Below are positions 10,761 through 21,760 of a stretch of DNA of 46,002 bases, piece after piece. The DNA lies in contig JAUCBJ010007334.1 in assembly GCA_032718475.1 (NCBI GenBank), forward strand, positions 1 to 46,002, given 5' to 3'. A program made the translations under genes and the position numbers. A model generated the notes under the pieces. The model had not been told where the DNA came from, ran no database searches, and was given only the letters and a program-made list of their open reading frames with translations. Source of the stretch: Nemertoderma westbladi (taxonomy: Eukaryota > Animalia > Xenacoelomorpha). Within the stretch, counting starts at the first letter, position 1. The number at the start of each line of letters is the position of its first letter.

Positions 10761-11728
10761 CCCTTTCGGTACCATGGCACATACGTCTGTTCCATGGGAA
10801 TTGCGCCATGACACACGTCTGTTCCATGACATTTATTAGATTTCTAAGAAGGGAAAATGTTGCTGGACTATTACGTACATGCTTCTACAGTATATGTTAG
10901 CGACGCATTTCAGCTTGTATATACTGTAATTTAACTACCGGTAGACCTACTGCAGACCTGCTTACAGACTGCCAGACTTTAGCAATAACAGAATAAGGCA
11001 GCACTGCAGTAAGGTAGGCCTAAACTGACTAAACAGCCTAAACAAAAAATCCCAAACAGACTGACCGACAGACAGTCTGGATAGGGTCAAAAGTGAAAAC
11101 TGACAGCGGTAATGAAATCGTTGACCAGGAAAACCCCTCAGAGAGAATTTTAATTAGCTAATGTGATTCCTTATATTTTTGACGGACAGACAGACAGACC
11201 GACAGAAAGACCGACAGACAGTCTGGATAGGGTCAAAAGTGAAAACTAACAGCGGAAATGAAATCCTTGACCAGGAAAACCCCCATAGAGAGAATTTTAA
11301 TAAGCTATGGGTGATTCCTTATATTTTTGATGGACAGACTGACAGGCAGACAGACAGACAGACCGACAGACAGTCTGCATAGGGTCAAAAGTGAAAACTG
11401 ACAGCGGAAATGAAATCCTTGACCAGGAAAACCCCCATAGCGAGAATTTTAATTAGCTATTGTGATTCCTTAAGTTTTTGACGGACAGACTGACAGACAG
11501 ACCGACAGACAGACCGACAAACAGTCTGGATAGGGTGAAAAGAGAAAACTGACAGCGGAAATGAAATCCTTGACAAGGAAAACCCCCATAGCGAGAATGT
11601 TAGTAGATTTTATTCTTTCTAAAGTCTTGACAGACAAACTGACAGAAAGACTGATATACTTCAGAAATTCATGAATTAGAGTTGGGCACTTGGGGGTTTG
11701 AATAATTTCCAGTTAGGTACCGAAAGGG
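10761..11728. mobile_element. piggyBac-type MITE (second family) with four ~150-bp internal repeats and (GACA)n tracts
   Basis: TTAA at 10757-10760 and 11729-11732; perfect 13-bp TIR CCCTTTCGGTACC; repeat ATAGGGTCAAAAGTGAAAACTGACAGCGG..GACCAGGAAAACCCC x4 at ~11055-11640. Confidence 0.9.
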
Positions 11729-12285
11729 TTAATATAAACAGCAATTAACACAATATAAAACAGCATTAAAACAGAGCGGTGAACAGTCAGTATGTGTTCA
11801 TGAAGTTCAGTTTAGTGCAATGCGTCGTATGACGTGGGTATGGTTTGGTTTGTTAATAGATTTACGTCCATATAACTCCAGCCATCAGATGTTCTTGGGC
11901 CAAAGTCTGAAACGTCCGTACTTAGTACAGAATTCTGAGAGGAATCTAATTCTCAGAAAAATGATAACTGCGCATGCGCTAGTTTCCTCAGGTAGGTAGG
12001 TCTCTACTGGCATAACTGGGAAGATTGCTCTGATTGGCTGAATAAGCTCAAACAAAGGGATCTCCACGTACACAAAGAATCAGCTGACATTTCATCATCT
12101 TGGTTCTAATTTCTGTCCGACGCGTAGTTGAACAATTTTAGGGCTATTTTAGAGTATTCTGCGCATTGCGTAAAAAATGACTTGTTATGTCCGCAAAAGC
12201 TTTTACACCGCTCCCAGAAAATGGGATTTAAGTCTATAAAATATAAAAAATCACAGTTTCTAAAATACAAAAATGCTCTAAACTA

Positions 12286-12945
12286 TTAGTCCTTCTTTCG
12301 TGAACGGTGTTTACGAAGCTTTTTGAGACTAGTAAGAGTCTTTTTCTCTTTGGGGCGAGCCACTTTACTAAGTGGGCTATAACTCCTGGGGGAAGGGTGC
12401 AATACGATTGCATCAGAAGGTTTTGGATTACGGTCAGTGTATCCACCGGTCGAGGTACCCGATTGATCGATATCAACATCGGTGGAATGAGGGCAAACAA
12501 CCTTTAGAGCTCGCTTCAGGACGGCAGCTCTTACTGGACCTTGATGGGTCGTTTGCACAACAGCGGTAGGTTGACCGTGTGTAGTGAGAAATTTCCTCAG
12601 TTTGATTGTTCTCTCTAATTCGCGTTCTCTGGCTTTATATTCATATGGTCGTCTATGAACTTCTTGTAACTCAGAATGCGAGTTTATGAACAAGTCGCTG
12701 TATTCCGGATCTTGGCGGATGAAGTTGATCAAGTTATAGGAATTCAGGTTATTGGGATTAATATTCCTAAGATACTTGCGAACATATTTAGTTGAAATAT
12801 TCTTGCCAACACGCTTCATCAGTTCGTAACTGGGAGTGCAAGATTTTTGTTCGATGGATGCAAAGAGATATGGGTGAAACGCATAGACTCCTTCATATGC
12901 ACGTCCTGGATAGTATCGGTGACGTGATTCGCAATGGAGATCCAC
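12286..12945 (-). CDS. Unknown 219-aa ORF overlapping the zinc-knuckle ORF, probably its frameshifted continuation; basic C-terminus
   Basis: Overlaps 12893-13810 by 53 nt in another frame; ends KKLRKHRSRKKD about 70 nt before the PPT. Confidence 0.45.
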   Translation of the reverse strand: MDLHCESRHRYYPGRAYEGVYAFHPYLFASIEQKSCTPSYELMKRVGKNISTKYVRKYLRNINPNNLNSYNLINFIRQDPEYSDLFINSHSELQEVHRRPYEYKARERELERTIKLRKFLTTHGQPTAVVQTTHQGPVRAAVLKRALKVVCPHSTDVDIDQSGTSTGGYTDRNPKPSDAIVLHPSPRSYSPLSKVARPKEKKTLTSLKKLRKHRSRKKD

Positions 12946-13810
12946 TTAGCTTCCCAAGCTCTGATGTAATGCAGGGTACTATTTCGTCTATGCTCTCTAG
13001 ATCTCGGTTGAAAGGGCAATCGAAACTCGCGTGTCCTTTGAACTGACAATGGTGACATTGAGTCATAAATTGAGGACAGACTGTGAAGATATGTAGATTG
13101 TTGAGTCTACAATACGTACAATAAATCTCCATAATAGGTTGACCTTTAAAGTAGGAGCATGGTTCGCTGGAGTCCACAGGGGTAAAGTGGTCCCGTGATG
13201 CACATAATCGACAACGTTTCCTAGAAATGTAATTGACATGCCGATAATCATATGCTGTGAGACATTGTGGACCTTGATACCATTCCAACACATAATCATT
13301 GTCGCTACTCGTGGACGCTGTGGGTTGAATTTCTTCGGATTCCAAGCAAATTGGTTCTTCTTCCACTTGCATAGCTGAGATGGGTGTAGCTATTTTCTCA
13401 AGTGAACCCACTGTTTGAACTTCCACAATAGAATAACCTGTGGGGATTCGGGGTCTTTGTATGACAGATGAATGTAGGTTCTGTATACAAATGTCCTTAA
13501 AAATGGCAAATCCAGCGCTGTCCAACTTCTCAGCAGCTGAGTCTCTTAAGCTGAGCTTGGTCAAAGCGTGGTCCTTAAACTGACTATCAACGTTGTGGAA
13601 CGGAGTCAGAAAGCTCCTAAAACATTCGAATCTGATGAATTTATTGTATTCATCTAACTTAGCGAGTTTAGTTCCAAGCACTAAGGGATGTGAACAACCA
13701 GATTTATGACACGTAATGGTACCAGTTGTTCGCAGACTATTATTGTGTCCTTTCAGTCCTTGTATCAATGGCCATGAACTTGAGGAAATTATTGTTAGTT
13801 GATTATCCAA
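12893..13810 (-). CDS. Triple CCHC zinc-knuckle protein (305 aa, no canonical ATG start) of the LTR element
   Basis: CRLC-x4-H-x9-C, CTYC-x5-H-x4-C and CHHC-x4-H-x4-C; long open frame in AT-rich DNA. Confidence 0.6.
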   Translation of the reverse strand: MDNQLTIISSSSWPLIQGLKGHNNSLRTTGTITCHKSGCSHPLVLGTKLAKLDEYNKFIRFECFRSFLTPFHNVDSQFKDHALTKLSLRDSAAEKLDSAGFAIFKDICIQNLHSSVIQRPRIPTGYSIVEVQTVGSLEKIATPISAMQVEEEPICLESEEIQPTASTSSDNDYVLEWYQGPQCLTAYDYRHVNYISRKRCRLCASRDHFTPVDSSEPCSYFKGQPIMEIYCTYCRLNNLHIFTVCPQFMTQCHHCQFKGHASFDCPFNRDLESIDEIVPCITSELGKLSGSPLRITSPILSRTCI

Positions 13811-14123
13811 TCAACGACAAGAGGGGTGGAGGTTGATATTATAAATACCAACACGATGGTACACAGACAGGAGGTATGGATACCAATTTAAGCATCCAGA
13901 TCAATAGTAAACGATGGGGAGGTTTGGTAGGATGAGGTACGATCAATATCACGATACGGCAATGATTGGTCGATATTCTCCCAAAAGCTCCACGCGCGTT
14001 GGGTAGAGAAGAGGGGAGGAAGAGGGTTTCTCTGTCAACGTCTTGTATCCTCGATAGAGATGGGTAGAGGGAGAGTAGTGGTAGGAAGGAGGAAGAATAT
14101 GGGGATTGTATCTATAAGATACC

Positions 14124-15295
14124 ACAATGCTAACTTAACTGCTTCTGAAAAGGCAGTATAGCCCTCACAGTGATCTGCCGCCTCAGAGGCAAGAGCCTCA
14201 TACCTGTTGCTCAGCTGTAGTGTGAAGCTGGATCTCACACTTGGCTGTTGCAACAGAGAGGACCAGTCATGCCGCGGCAAGGCAGATTTCATTGTTCTGC
14301 TAGCACGCAGACTAAGTCTTACCTTGGCCACAATAAGTTGGTGATCACTGGAGAAGGGTCGAAGTGTAAATGCATTACAGTCTTGTATAGAGCTCCTGTA
14401 TTTCCTACGAAACAGAATATGGTCTATCTGGGACTTGTGACCACTGGGTCCACTATGAGTCCATAGCTTTCCAGTTCGCTTCTTGAACTGGGTTCCAGCC
14501 GAAACCAATCCATTTCCAGAGATAAAATCCTGAAGATGGACGGAATTTCGGTTAACACTATTGCTATAGACCCAGGGCGATGTAGGTGATTGATGCAGAC
14601 TTGCATTAAAGTCTCCCAGGAATGTTAAGAATGCATGCTGATCCACTCCATCAGTAGCTGCTTGTAGATTGTGGTAGAAATTTTCCACCTCCTCTACAGC
14701 GGCAACACTAGTTGGAGAGTAGCACACAATCAGAACCACTTTAGGAAACTTCTTAGCCAGTCTTCCAGAACATGAGAAGTGGCAACGGATGATGCGGTTA
14801 GAGATTTGGTCTATTTTGACCAATACTCCACTGGCACGATTGGTCTTAATGCTCTTTGCAGCAGCCTTCACTTCTGCAAAGGATATATCACCAATGGGAA
14901 TATCTGGGAGTACAGACTCAGACACTTTTACTTCTATAAAGTTATCAGGCAATACCCAGTCATTATTGAGGAGCTTTTCAAAGTGGGCCTTCCAACCATT
15001 GAGGCAATCGGCTGGTGATTCAGCCTTAACCTTGGTGGTTTGTTGGCTTTTTCGACCAGCAAGCAAGTTGATCCGATCTCCATGCCTGGGATGATTGCCT
15101 GCTGTCGTCACCATCATTGATGGCATCAACCTGTTGGTTTATTAGCTCCTGTAAATTAACAGAGTACTGCCTGTTCAGGGACCTAGATGCAATGCAGCCT
15201 TACAGGAGCAACACTAGTTAGAGAGTAGCACACAATCAGAACCACCTTAGGAAACTTCTTAGCCAGTCTTCCAGAACATGAGAAGTGGCAACGGA
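14124..15295 (-). pseudogene. Scrambled RTE-clade LINE fragments (pre-RT linker fused in front of the APE endonuclease)
   Basis: APE motifs YSPT, LGDFNA, QIDHIL and SDH come after the linker motif W..HF.KLLN...IS..EV..A...K..RA.G; 15209-15295 duplicates 14703-14789. Confidence 0.8.
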
Positions 15296-16438
15296 CGAAA
15301 AATACAAGTTTGAGATGTCTCGTTCGATAATTATATATTCCATTGAATTCAGAACAGCCTTAAACCTCTAAAACGCAAGAAATAAAATGTCACAAGCAAA
15401 TTTATCTATTGAATGGATTTTCAAAATTTCGTGCTAGCACCAAAATTTGCACCCAGCACCGAAAAATACAACTTTGTTACGCTTGGTGCAATCGTATATA
15501 TTTCATCGAAACGAGAACCCCAAAAAACCCCAATTGCGTAACAAACAAGTTTCAAACAATCAATTTTCAAAATTGACATATTTCAAAATTTGGTGCTGGC
15601 ACCAAAATTTGGCACCCGCCGAAATAAACAAGTTTGAAATTTATAAATCAATTTATATGAATTCCATCCAATTGCTAACACCAAAAAACCGGTGTAAATC
15701 AAAAATAGAGATGTTACAATTCATATTTAATGAAATGTAATTTTCAAAACGTCTCAAAAAAAGTGCCAAAAGTAGGGTTAAAAAAATGGTGCTATAACTC
15801 GAAAACTACCCAATATTTTTGAAAACGGTTTTCACTACTAGGAAGACAATAGATTTTTGGGAAAATTTTATGACTTTTCCTAAAAATCACAAAAAATGTA
15901 ATTTTCAAAAAACGTCTCAAAAAAAGGGCCAAAAGTAGGGTTAAAAAAAGGTGCTATAACTCGAAAACTACCCAATATTTTTGAAAACGGTTTTCACTAC
16001 TAGGAAGACAATAGATTTTTGGGAAAATTTTATGACTTTTCCTAAAAATCTATTGTCTTCCTAGTAGTGAAAACCGTTTTCAAAAATATTGGGTAGTTTT
16101 CGAGTTATAGCACCATTTTTTAACCCTACTTTTGGCCTTTTTTTTAAGACGTTTTTTGAAAAATACATTTCATTAAATATGAATTGTAACATCTCTATTT
16201 TTAATTTACACCGGTTTTTTGGTGTTAGAAATTGGATGGAATTCATATAAATTAATTTAGAAATTTCAAACTTGTTTTTTTCGGCGGGTGCTAATTTTTG
16301 GTGCCAGCACCAAATTTTGAAATATGTCAATTTTGTAAATTGATTGTGTGAAACTTGTTTTTTACGCAATTGGGGGTTCTGGTTTCGATGAAATATATAC
16401 GAATTGCATCAAGCGTATCAAACTTGTATTTTTCGGTG
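15296..16438. repeat. Foldback (palindromic) derivative of the 1917-3469 MITE
   Basis: 15296-15865 matches ~2801-3372 in forward orientation; ~16025-16438 is the reverse complement of ~2962-3385; the ~160-bp junction block is duplicated. Confidence 0.9.
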
Positions 16439-17789
16439 GTGTATTTTACAGGGTTGTGGTAACGTGGCAGTGGTGGTAACGTGGTGAAAAGGTGAATAAC
16501 ATTAGGGTTAGTCAGTCAGTTGAATAAGGCGGGCATCGTGAGGTTAGGCTACGCTACGATTGGTTGATGGCAACTACTGATGGTGACATATGGTGGAGTA
16601 AGGCAGACATCGCATGGTTAGGCTACGCGTAGGTGAATACGCAACGATTGGTTGAAGGCAAGGCAACGACGCGAATCAATACTGTTGGTGACAGATGGTA
16701 AACACTGCGATTTAGCACCGGAATTTGGCATTTTTAATAGCCCTCCGAGATCTAGCCCGTAGCCCAGGCTAGGGAGGAGTACGCTCAGGTCTATGTTTCT
16801 CCTACTACTGCCGAGTTATTAACGTTTAAAATAAAATACTGAAAAAAAACGCGACAGAACGACAGGTTGATTAATGGTGCCCCTACGCTAAGGCTCACTC
16901 ACTTCGTGGCTCGCCCCACAATACTAATGGATACAATGAGCATTATTTAATTAGTATTACTAACCCAATATGATTTTTAATATTTAAAAAATTATAATTA
17001 CTATACGATAATCTGAATAAAAAATACGTAACTAATGATGTACATAACATAGTTTACTATAAAACAAAATAGATTTTCAATAAAATTACCTTATCAGAGT
17101 ATTAAAATTAAATTACGTACATTTTTAGAAGGTATTTTAGGGGGTGCGCTGGCGCTAGCGCTTGGATTTATTTATTTCTTTATTTACATTTATTAGTATA
17201 ATTAGAGACAGGGGCAGGAAGGAAGCTTGTCGGATTTACACAATTACTGTATTGTATAAGCAAATGCAATGCAATGGCAGATTGGCAGCCATCGCGCTGC
17301 TACGGCAATATGGAGGTCTTTGGCCTTGATTCTGATTTAAGGAACATTGAAACTAATTTCTAATATAACAATAATTTAAAAATGTTTTTCTGAACTATTT
17401 GTTAGTGTAATAATAGGCCCTGCCCTACAAGAACAAGACTCAGCCTGGGACACTACCACAACACTGCCATGTAAATCCAATCGCTGTCCATCCACAAAGT
17501 CAAGCAAGCTCCATACACTGCCCTGTCAATCACATCACGGCTTGGCCATTAACAAAAGCCAGTTCTCCACGGGAATCTGAGTTCAAAGGCTTGCCGCAGT
17601 TGAGATATGTTAACTGTTACCTTGAAATCATTTCAATGTCATTTCAATATGAGACAGAAAGTCTGGAATTTCGGTGCGTCGATTTCAAGGTCATTTCAAT
17701 ATGCCATCAATGTCATTTCAATGTCAATGCTACTCTCAATGATATTCTATGGACTCATTTTGATCAAACTTTGATCAATGTTTGATCAA

Positions 17790-19053
17790 AGGAATGCTTT
17801 TTGAGAGCGGGACTGTATGTTGTGGATTGGCAAAGCGAAAGTCATCAAGGCTTTGGATAAAGGACTCACTCTTACTTGTTTGGGAGATATGGAAGCACCG
17901 CAATCTACAGTCTTAATGGAATGTACTAACTTTATAACTGACTGGCGTGACTGTGACTGCTATGGATATGACTCAGACAACATGACCCAGTCACGACAAA
18001 AGGTGTGCACAGAAAAAACAATTACCAGCTGTGCAAAGCTGCAAACAATACCACCAACCACTGACTCCTTCTCAGAGAACGTGAAAAGAGCCCATTTGAA
18101 AGTAATGGTGTGGAAGAACACAATGGAGAACACAGTTAGACCACTTAGTGTAGACCCCAGAAAATATGGGTGGAGAATAGCTAACAATCAACTTTCCCCG
18201 GTTGTAATCCCTGAGGGCATACAACCATCTACGGAATGCATTTTGCAATTAATTCGGGATAACTGTTCATCCAAAATCCCATGTAAACCGCAGAAGTGCA
18301 CCTGCAGAAAAAACCAACTTGATTGCACAGAATTTTGCAACTGCAATAAAGATTAAAGCGCAAACTTTTCGTAATCACATATTGTATTATAATCTAACAA
18401 TGAATAATATAAAATGCATAGTCTCCATATTCGCCATGCATTAAATAAATTTTGTATATTTAGCATTAAAAAAGTGTTATAAAAAAGCAGGAGACAAATT
18501 ATTTATATATACATTTTAAGGTAATAAATTTCTGTCAAGTGATGTGATGTCCGCAATAAATTACTGTGGTTTCCATGAATACGAGTATCTACGAGTATCT
18601 AGTAATACGAGTTCTACACAAAATTGATGTGGTGCATATTAATTAGGGAAAATATTATTAATAAAGAGCACAAACGAAACAAAAAACACATGATGAGTGC
18701 CAGTAGGCATAGTAGTTTTTCATTTGGAAAGATAGAGCGATAGCTGTAGTGCCTTCATTATCATAGCAACACTTCAATAGTTTCTCTAAAATTTTCATAT
18801 TTTCGATCAAAATTACAACCCATTTCAGTTCAAGCCCAACAGTTAATCGCCATTCTGATTGCAAAGCTTTCATAGATATTAATCTTGTCCATAGAAACGG
18901 GTCATTAATTCAAATTGCCCAAGGTGCCAAAGTCCATAAATCACTTTTTTATATTAAGAGGGACCCCTAGAAACCAAAACATCCAAAAAATGTAATCCGT
19001 CCAAAAATTTTCGGTTAGGCCAAAAAGAGGTACTGTACGTGGCTTCCGGACTA
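17790..19053 (+). mobile_element. Academ-superfamily DNA transposon, 3' part with right terminus
   Basis: Transposase C-terminus followed by the terminus ...TGGCTTCCGGACTA (reads TAGTCCGGAAGCCA from outside, a TAG-type end as in Academ). Confidence 0.65.
17817..18356 (+). pseudogene. Academ transposase C-terminal region with Cys-rich CXC-like tail
   Basis: GIGKAKV-like start, PPT.D.F..NVKRAH....WK, P..YGW, and C...C.C.KNQL.CTEFC.C; the N-terminal part is missing. Confidence 0.7.
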
Positions 19054-19229
19054 TACTGGAGTTGTGCAATTTTAAGTAGACCCTTAATTGGGTACAGTTA
19101 ATTGATTAGGTTAACTGAAGGTTGGGATGATCTTCTTTAACAAGCTTTGTTATTGAATTGAAACTTGTCAGGATCGCAGAGATCATTCCCTCTAAACATC
19201 AAAACAATGATACAGGGATTACGCTGACT

Positions 19230-19321
19230 GTGATGTTCTGGGTGTTATGTGTTTCGAATACATGATCCGATCCGTGCTGAAAACGAACATTGGCAACTGT
19301 TTGGGGGTTTGACCCATTGTG
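19230..19321. mobile_element. Possible Transib-like terminus (CACAATGGG on minus strand); the same 13-mer TTGACCCATTGTG occurs at 7765-7777
   Basis: CACAATG is the Transib-type terminal heptamer; seen twice, with no partner terminus or TSD. Confidence 0.25.
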
Positions 19322-19466
19322 TGTCAGGGCGCTAATCAGTCTGATTAATTAGGATAATCAATTAAACCCTAATTAGGAGTCGTAAGACACCTATTAGGGT
19401 TTAATTGTACTAATTAATTGATGACACCTGTCAATTAGGGTCTAATTAGTCTAATTGGGAGGTGTT

Positions 19467-19590
19467 ACCCAGACAGTCTGGTGTCAATGACACTCAATGA
19501 CACCCTATGGGTGATAATAGGGTGTCATATGACACCCAATGGGTCTCAGTGAGGTCCAACTGTCGCAAAGAGGACCATGACCCTACTACT
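19467..19590 (+). repeat. Dispersed repeat / DNA-element end (ACCCAGACAGTCTGG...), second copy at 41417-41535
   Basis: Both loci share ACCCAGACAGTCTGG.G.CAATGACACTCA...GGGTGTCA...AACTGTC...CTACTACT. Confidence 0.6.
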
Positions 19591-19832
19591 TACATATTGA
19601 ATTTCATCTCTGCAACTGTAGCTAGCAATCTACATTGTGCACTGAAATACTTGCTGTAATATTTGTTGCCGTTATTCCCGACACCATGGGGGAAAACGCC
19701 GATGCTGGAGGCGGAACTTTACAGACCACGGAATCCCGGCCAGTCACCGGATATTGATTGTGGAGAAGGAATAAGTTCTTAGATGCAAGATTGCGGTTGA
19801 GAAAAAGCTGCATTGGTTGGATATACCTTTAA

Positions 19833-21157
19833 TGTAACTTCCCTACAGTTGAATCTTGATTGAGAATAAATTGGGCTTCCCCAAACCAATATACACCAAA
19901 TTATTCACAATAATAATACACGACAATATAAATCCCTACAGTAAATTATTTAATTACCCACTGTTCGCTCAGATTTTAGCCTAACTAATGTTCCCCAGAT
20001 TTTCCCTCGGTCCTAGTCTTGGTGCCGTAGTGTCGGTGTCGGTCGACCCTGTTGCGTGTCCAAACCACCCCTCCCGAACCCCGAAGGGATTGATCATCGA
20101 GAACCAGTACTGCTTGGCTAAGGGTCGGTCCGGTCGGTAGACTCTGTCGCGTATCCGTACCACCCCTCTCGAACCCCGAAGGGATCGGTCATCGAGAACC
20201 AGTACGGCTTGGCTAGGAGTCTGTCGTGTCGTTGGACCCGTTCGCGTGTCCGTCCCACCCCTCACGAACCCCGAAGGGAACGATCATCGAGAACCAGTAC
20301 GGCTTGGCTAGGGGTCCGTCGGTTCATCGCAGAGACCCAACCACCTAGGCTTTCCGAGTCCTTATTCAGGCTCGTAGTCGCTTCGGCAGCCAAGAAACTG
20401 CTCCTGAACAGTCGGTAGGCCAGTAGAGTCCAGTCCTCTGTCTTTCGACCCCGTCGCGTGTCCGTCCCACCCCTCACGAACCCCGAAGGGAACGATCATC
20501 GAGAACCAGTACGGCTTGGCTAAGGGGTCTGTCGTCGGTCCCCGTCGCAAATCCCTGGCACAAGCAGCAGAGTTTCCGATGTCCTTTTCAGGCTTGTAAT
20601 AACTGCTGTTGACCAGAGACCGCTAAGGGCAGTCCTCGTCAAACCCTTCCTCTGTTAGTCGGTCGACCCTTTCGCGTGTCCATCCCACCCCTCACGAACC
20701 CCGAAGGGAACGATCATCGAGAACCAGTACAGCTTGGCTACGGGGTCTGTCGTCGTTTCCCGTCGCAAATCCCTGACACAAGCAGCAGACTTTCCGATGT
20801 CCTTTTCAGGCTTGTAATAACTGCTGTTGGCCAGGGACCGCTAAGGGCAGTCCTTGTCCTTTAGACCTAGTGAGTTACCAAATCCACCTCTACAGGCAGC
20901 AGGAAGTTGGCTAGGCCTAATAGTAGTCAGGTAAACCTGAATACTGCTTAACTTTTCCTTCCCTCCCTGGCCCTTATATACATGAAATGAATCCCGTACC
21001 CTGTAAGTCGCCCCAATATTCGCCCATAAATCGCCCCCAGTTCATTGAGTGTGCCCAAAACCCACTGTCCCGCACCCAGTAGTGATATCGGAATAATCTT
21101 TAAATAAATACAAAAAATATTCAACTCGCATTATGAAAAGTTGAAATACCGCGAACA
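19833..21157 (-). mobile_element. LTR-like unit (TGT...ACA) with Pol II promoter and a structured hairpin array
   Basis: Minus strand: TGTTCGCGG start, three GGGCGA boxes (~21008-21037), TATATAA (20974-20980), CAGT Inr (~20943-20946), hairpin array, ATTAAA (~19949-19954), GT-rich tail, end GTTACA. No matching TSD. Confidence 0.45.
20044..20747 (-). ncRNA. Five copies of an ~83-nt hairpin motif with a cUUCGg apical loop (putative structured RNA element)
   Basis: Copies at 20044-20127, 20139-20222, 20234-20317, 20447-20529 and 20665-20747; compensatory change in the basal stem (GACCC/GGGTC vs GACTC/GAGTC). Confidence 0.5.
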
Positions 21158-21256
21158 ATATTGCCTTAAGAGTTCTTCTGGTTACGGAAGCCCATAGCGG
21201 TCATCATTTCACACACGCAATGTGTGTCGCAACTGTGCTTTACATTTACATTTTGG

Positions 21257-21760
21257 AGTGTGTGTGCGTGTCATTGTGTGTGTGTGCGTGTCATGATGTG
21301 TGTGTGCGTGTCATGATATGTATGTGCGTGTCATGATATGTGTGTGTGTGTCAGTGTGTGTGTGTGCGTGTCATGATATGTGTGTGCGTGTCATGATATG
21401 TGTGTGCGTGTCATTGTGTGTGTGTGTGCGTGTCATGATATGTGTGTGCGTGTCATGATATGTGTGTGTGTGTCATTGTGTGTGTGTGCGTGTCATGATA
21501 TGTGTGTGCGTGTCATGATATGTGTGTGCGTGTCATTGTGTGTGTGTGCGTGTCATGATATGTGTGTGCATGTCATGATATGTGTGTGCGTGTCATGATA
21601 TGTGTGTGCGTGTCATGATATGTGTGTGCGTGTCATGATATGGTTGTTTGTGTCATTGTGTGTGTGTGCGTGTCATGATATGTGTGTGCATGTCATGATA
21701 TGTGTGTGCGTGTCATGATATGTGTGTGCGTGTCATGATATGTGTGTGCGTGTCATGATG
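21257..21760 (+). repeat. 20-bp minisatellite (GTGTGTGCGTGTCATGATAT)n, left arm
   Basis: About 25 tandem units. Confidence 0.95.

Larger units (their letters stand above)
10596..14123 (-). mobile_element. 3' portion of an LTR retroelement: zinc-knuckle ORFs, PPT (12208-12215) and 3' LTR (10596-12207, interrupted by a MITE)
   Basis: Minus strand reads GGGAGCGG|TGTAAAAGCTTTTG...GTGTGTCA. Homology to 1-720 continues on both sides of the 10761-11728 MITE. Cut off upstream by RTE sequence at 14124. Confidence 0.6.

Noticed and set aside
13811-14123. Four in-frame TGA codons upstream of the zinc-knuckle ORF, suggesting recoding or selenocysteine; TGGTATC as an iMet PBS
   Set aside because: The peptide is not protein-like and no SECIS is seen; TGGTAT recurs three times locally and is not preceded by an LTR end.
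20044-20747. CRISPR array, hammerhead retrozyme or SECIS
   Set aside because: Repeats are ~83 nt with related rather than unique spacers; CUGANGA/GAAA core absent; no apical AA and no upstream selenoprotein ORF.
21380-21598. Cys-rich ORF resembling metallothionein
   Set aside because: It is a translation of the 20-bp GT-rich minisatellite.
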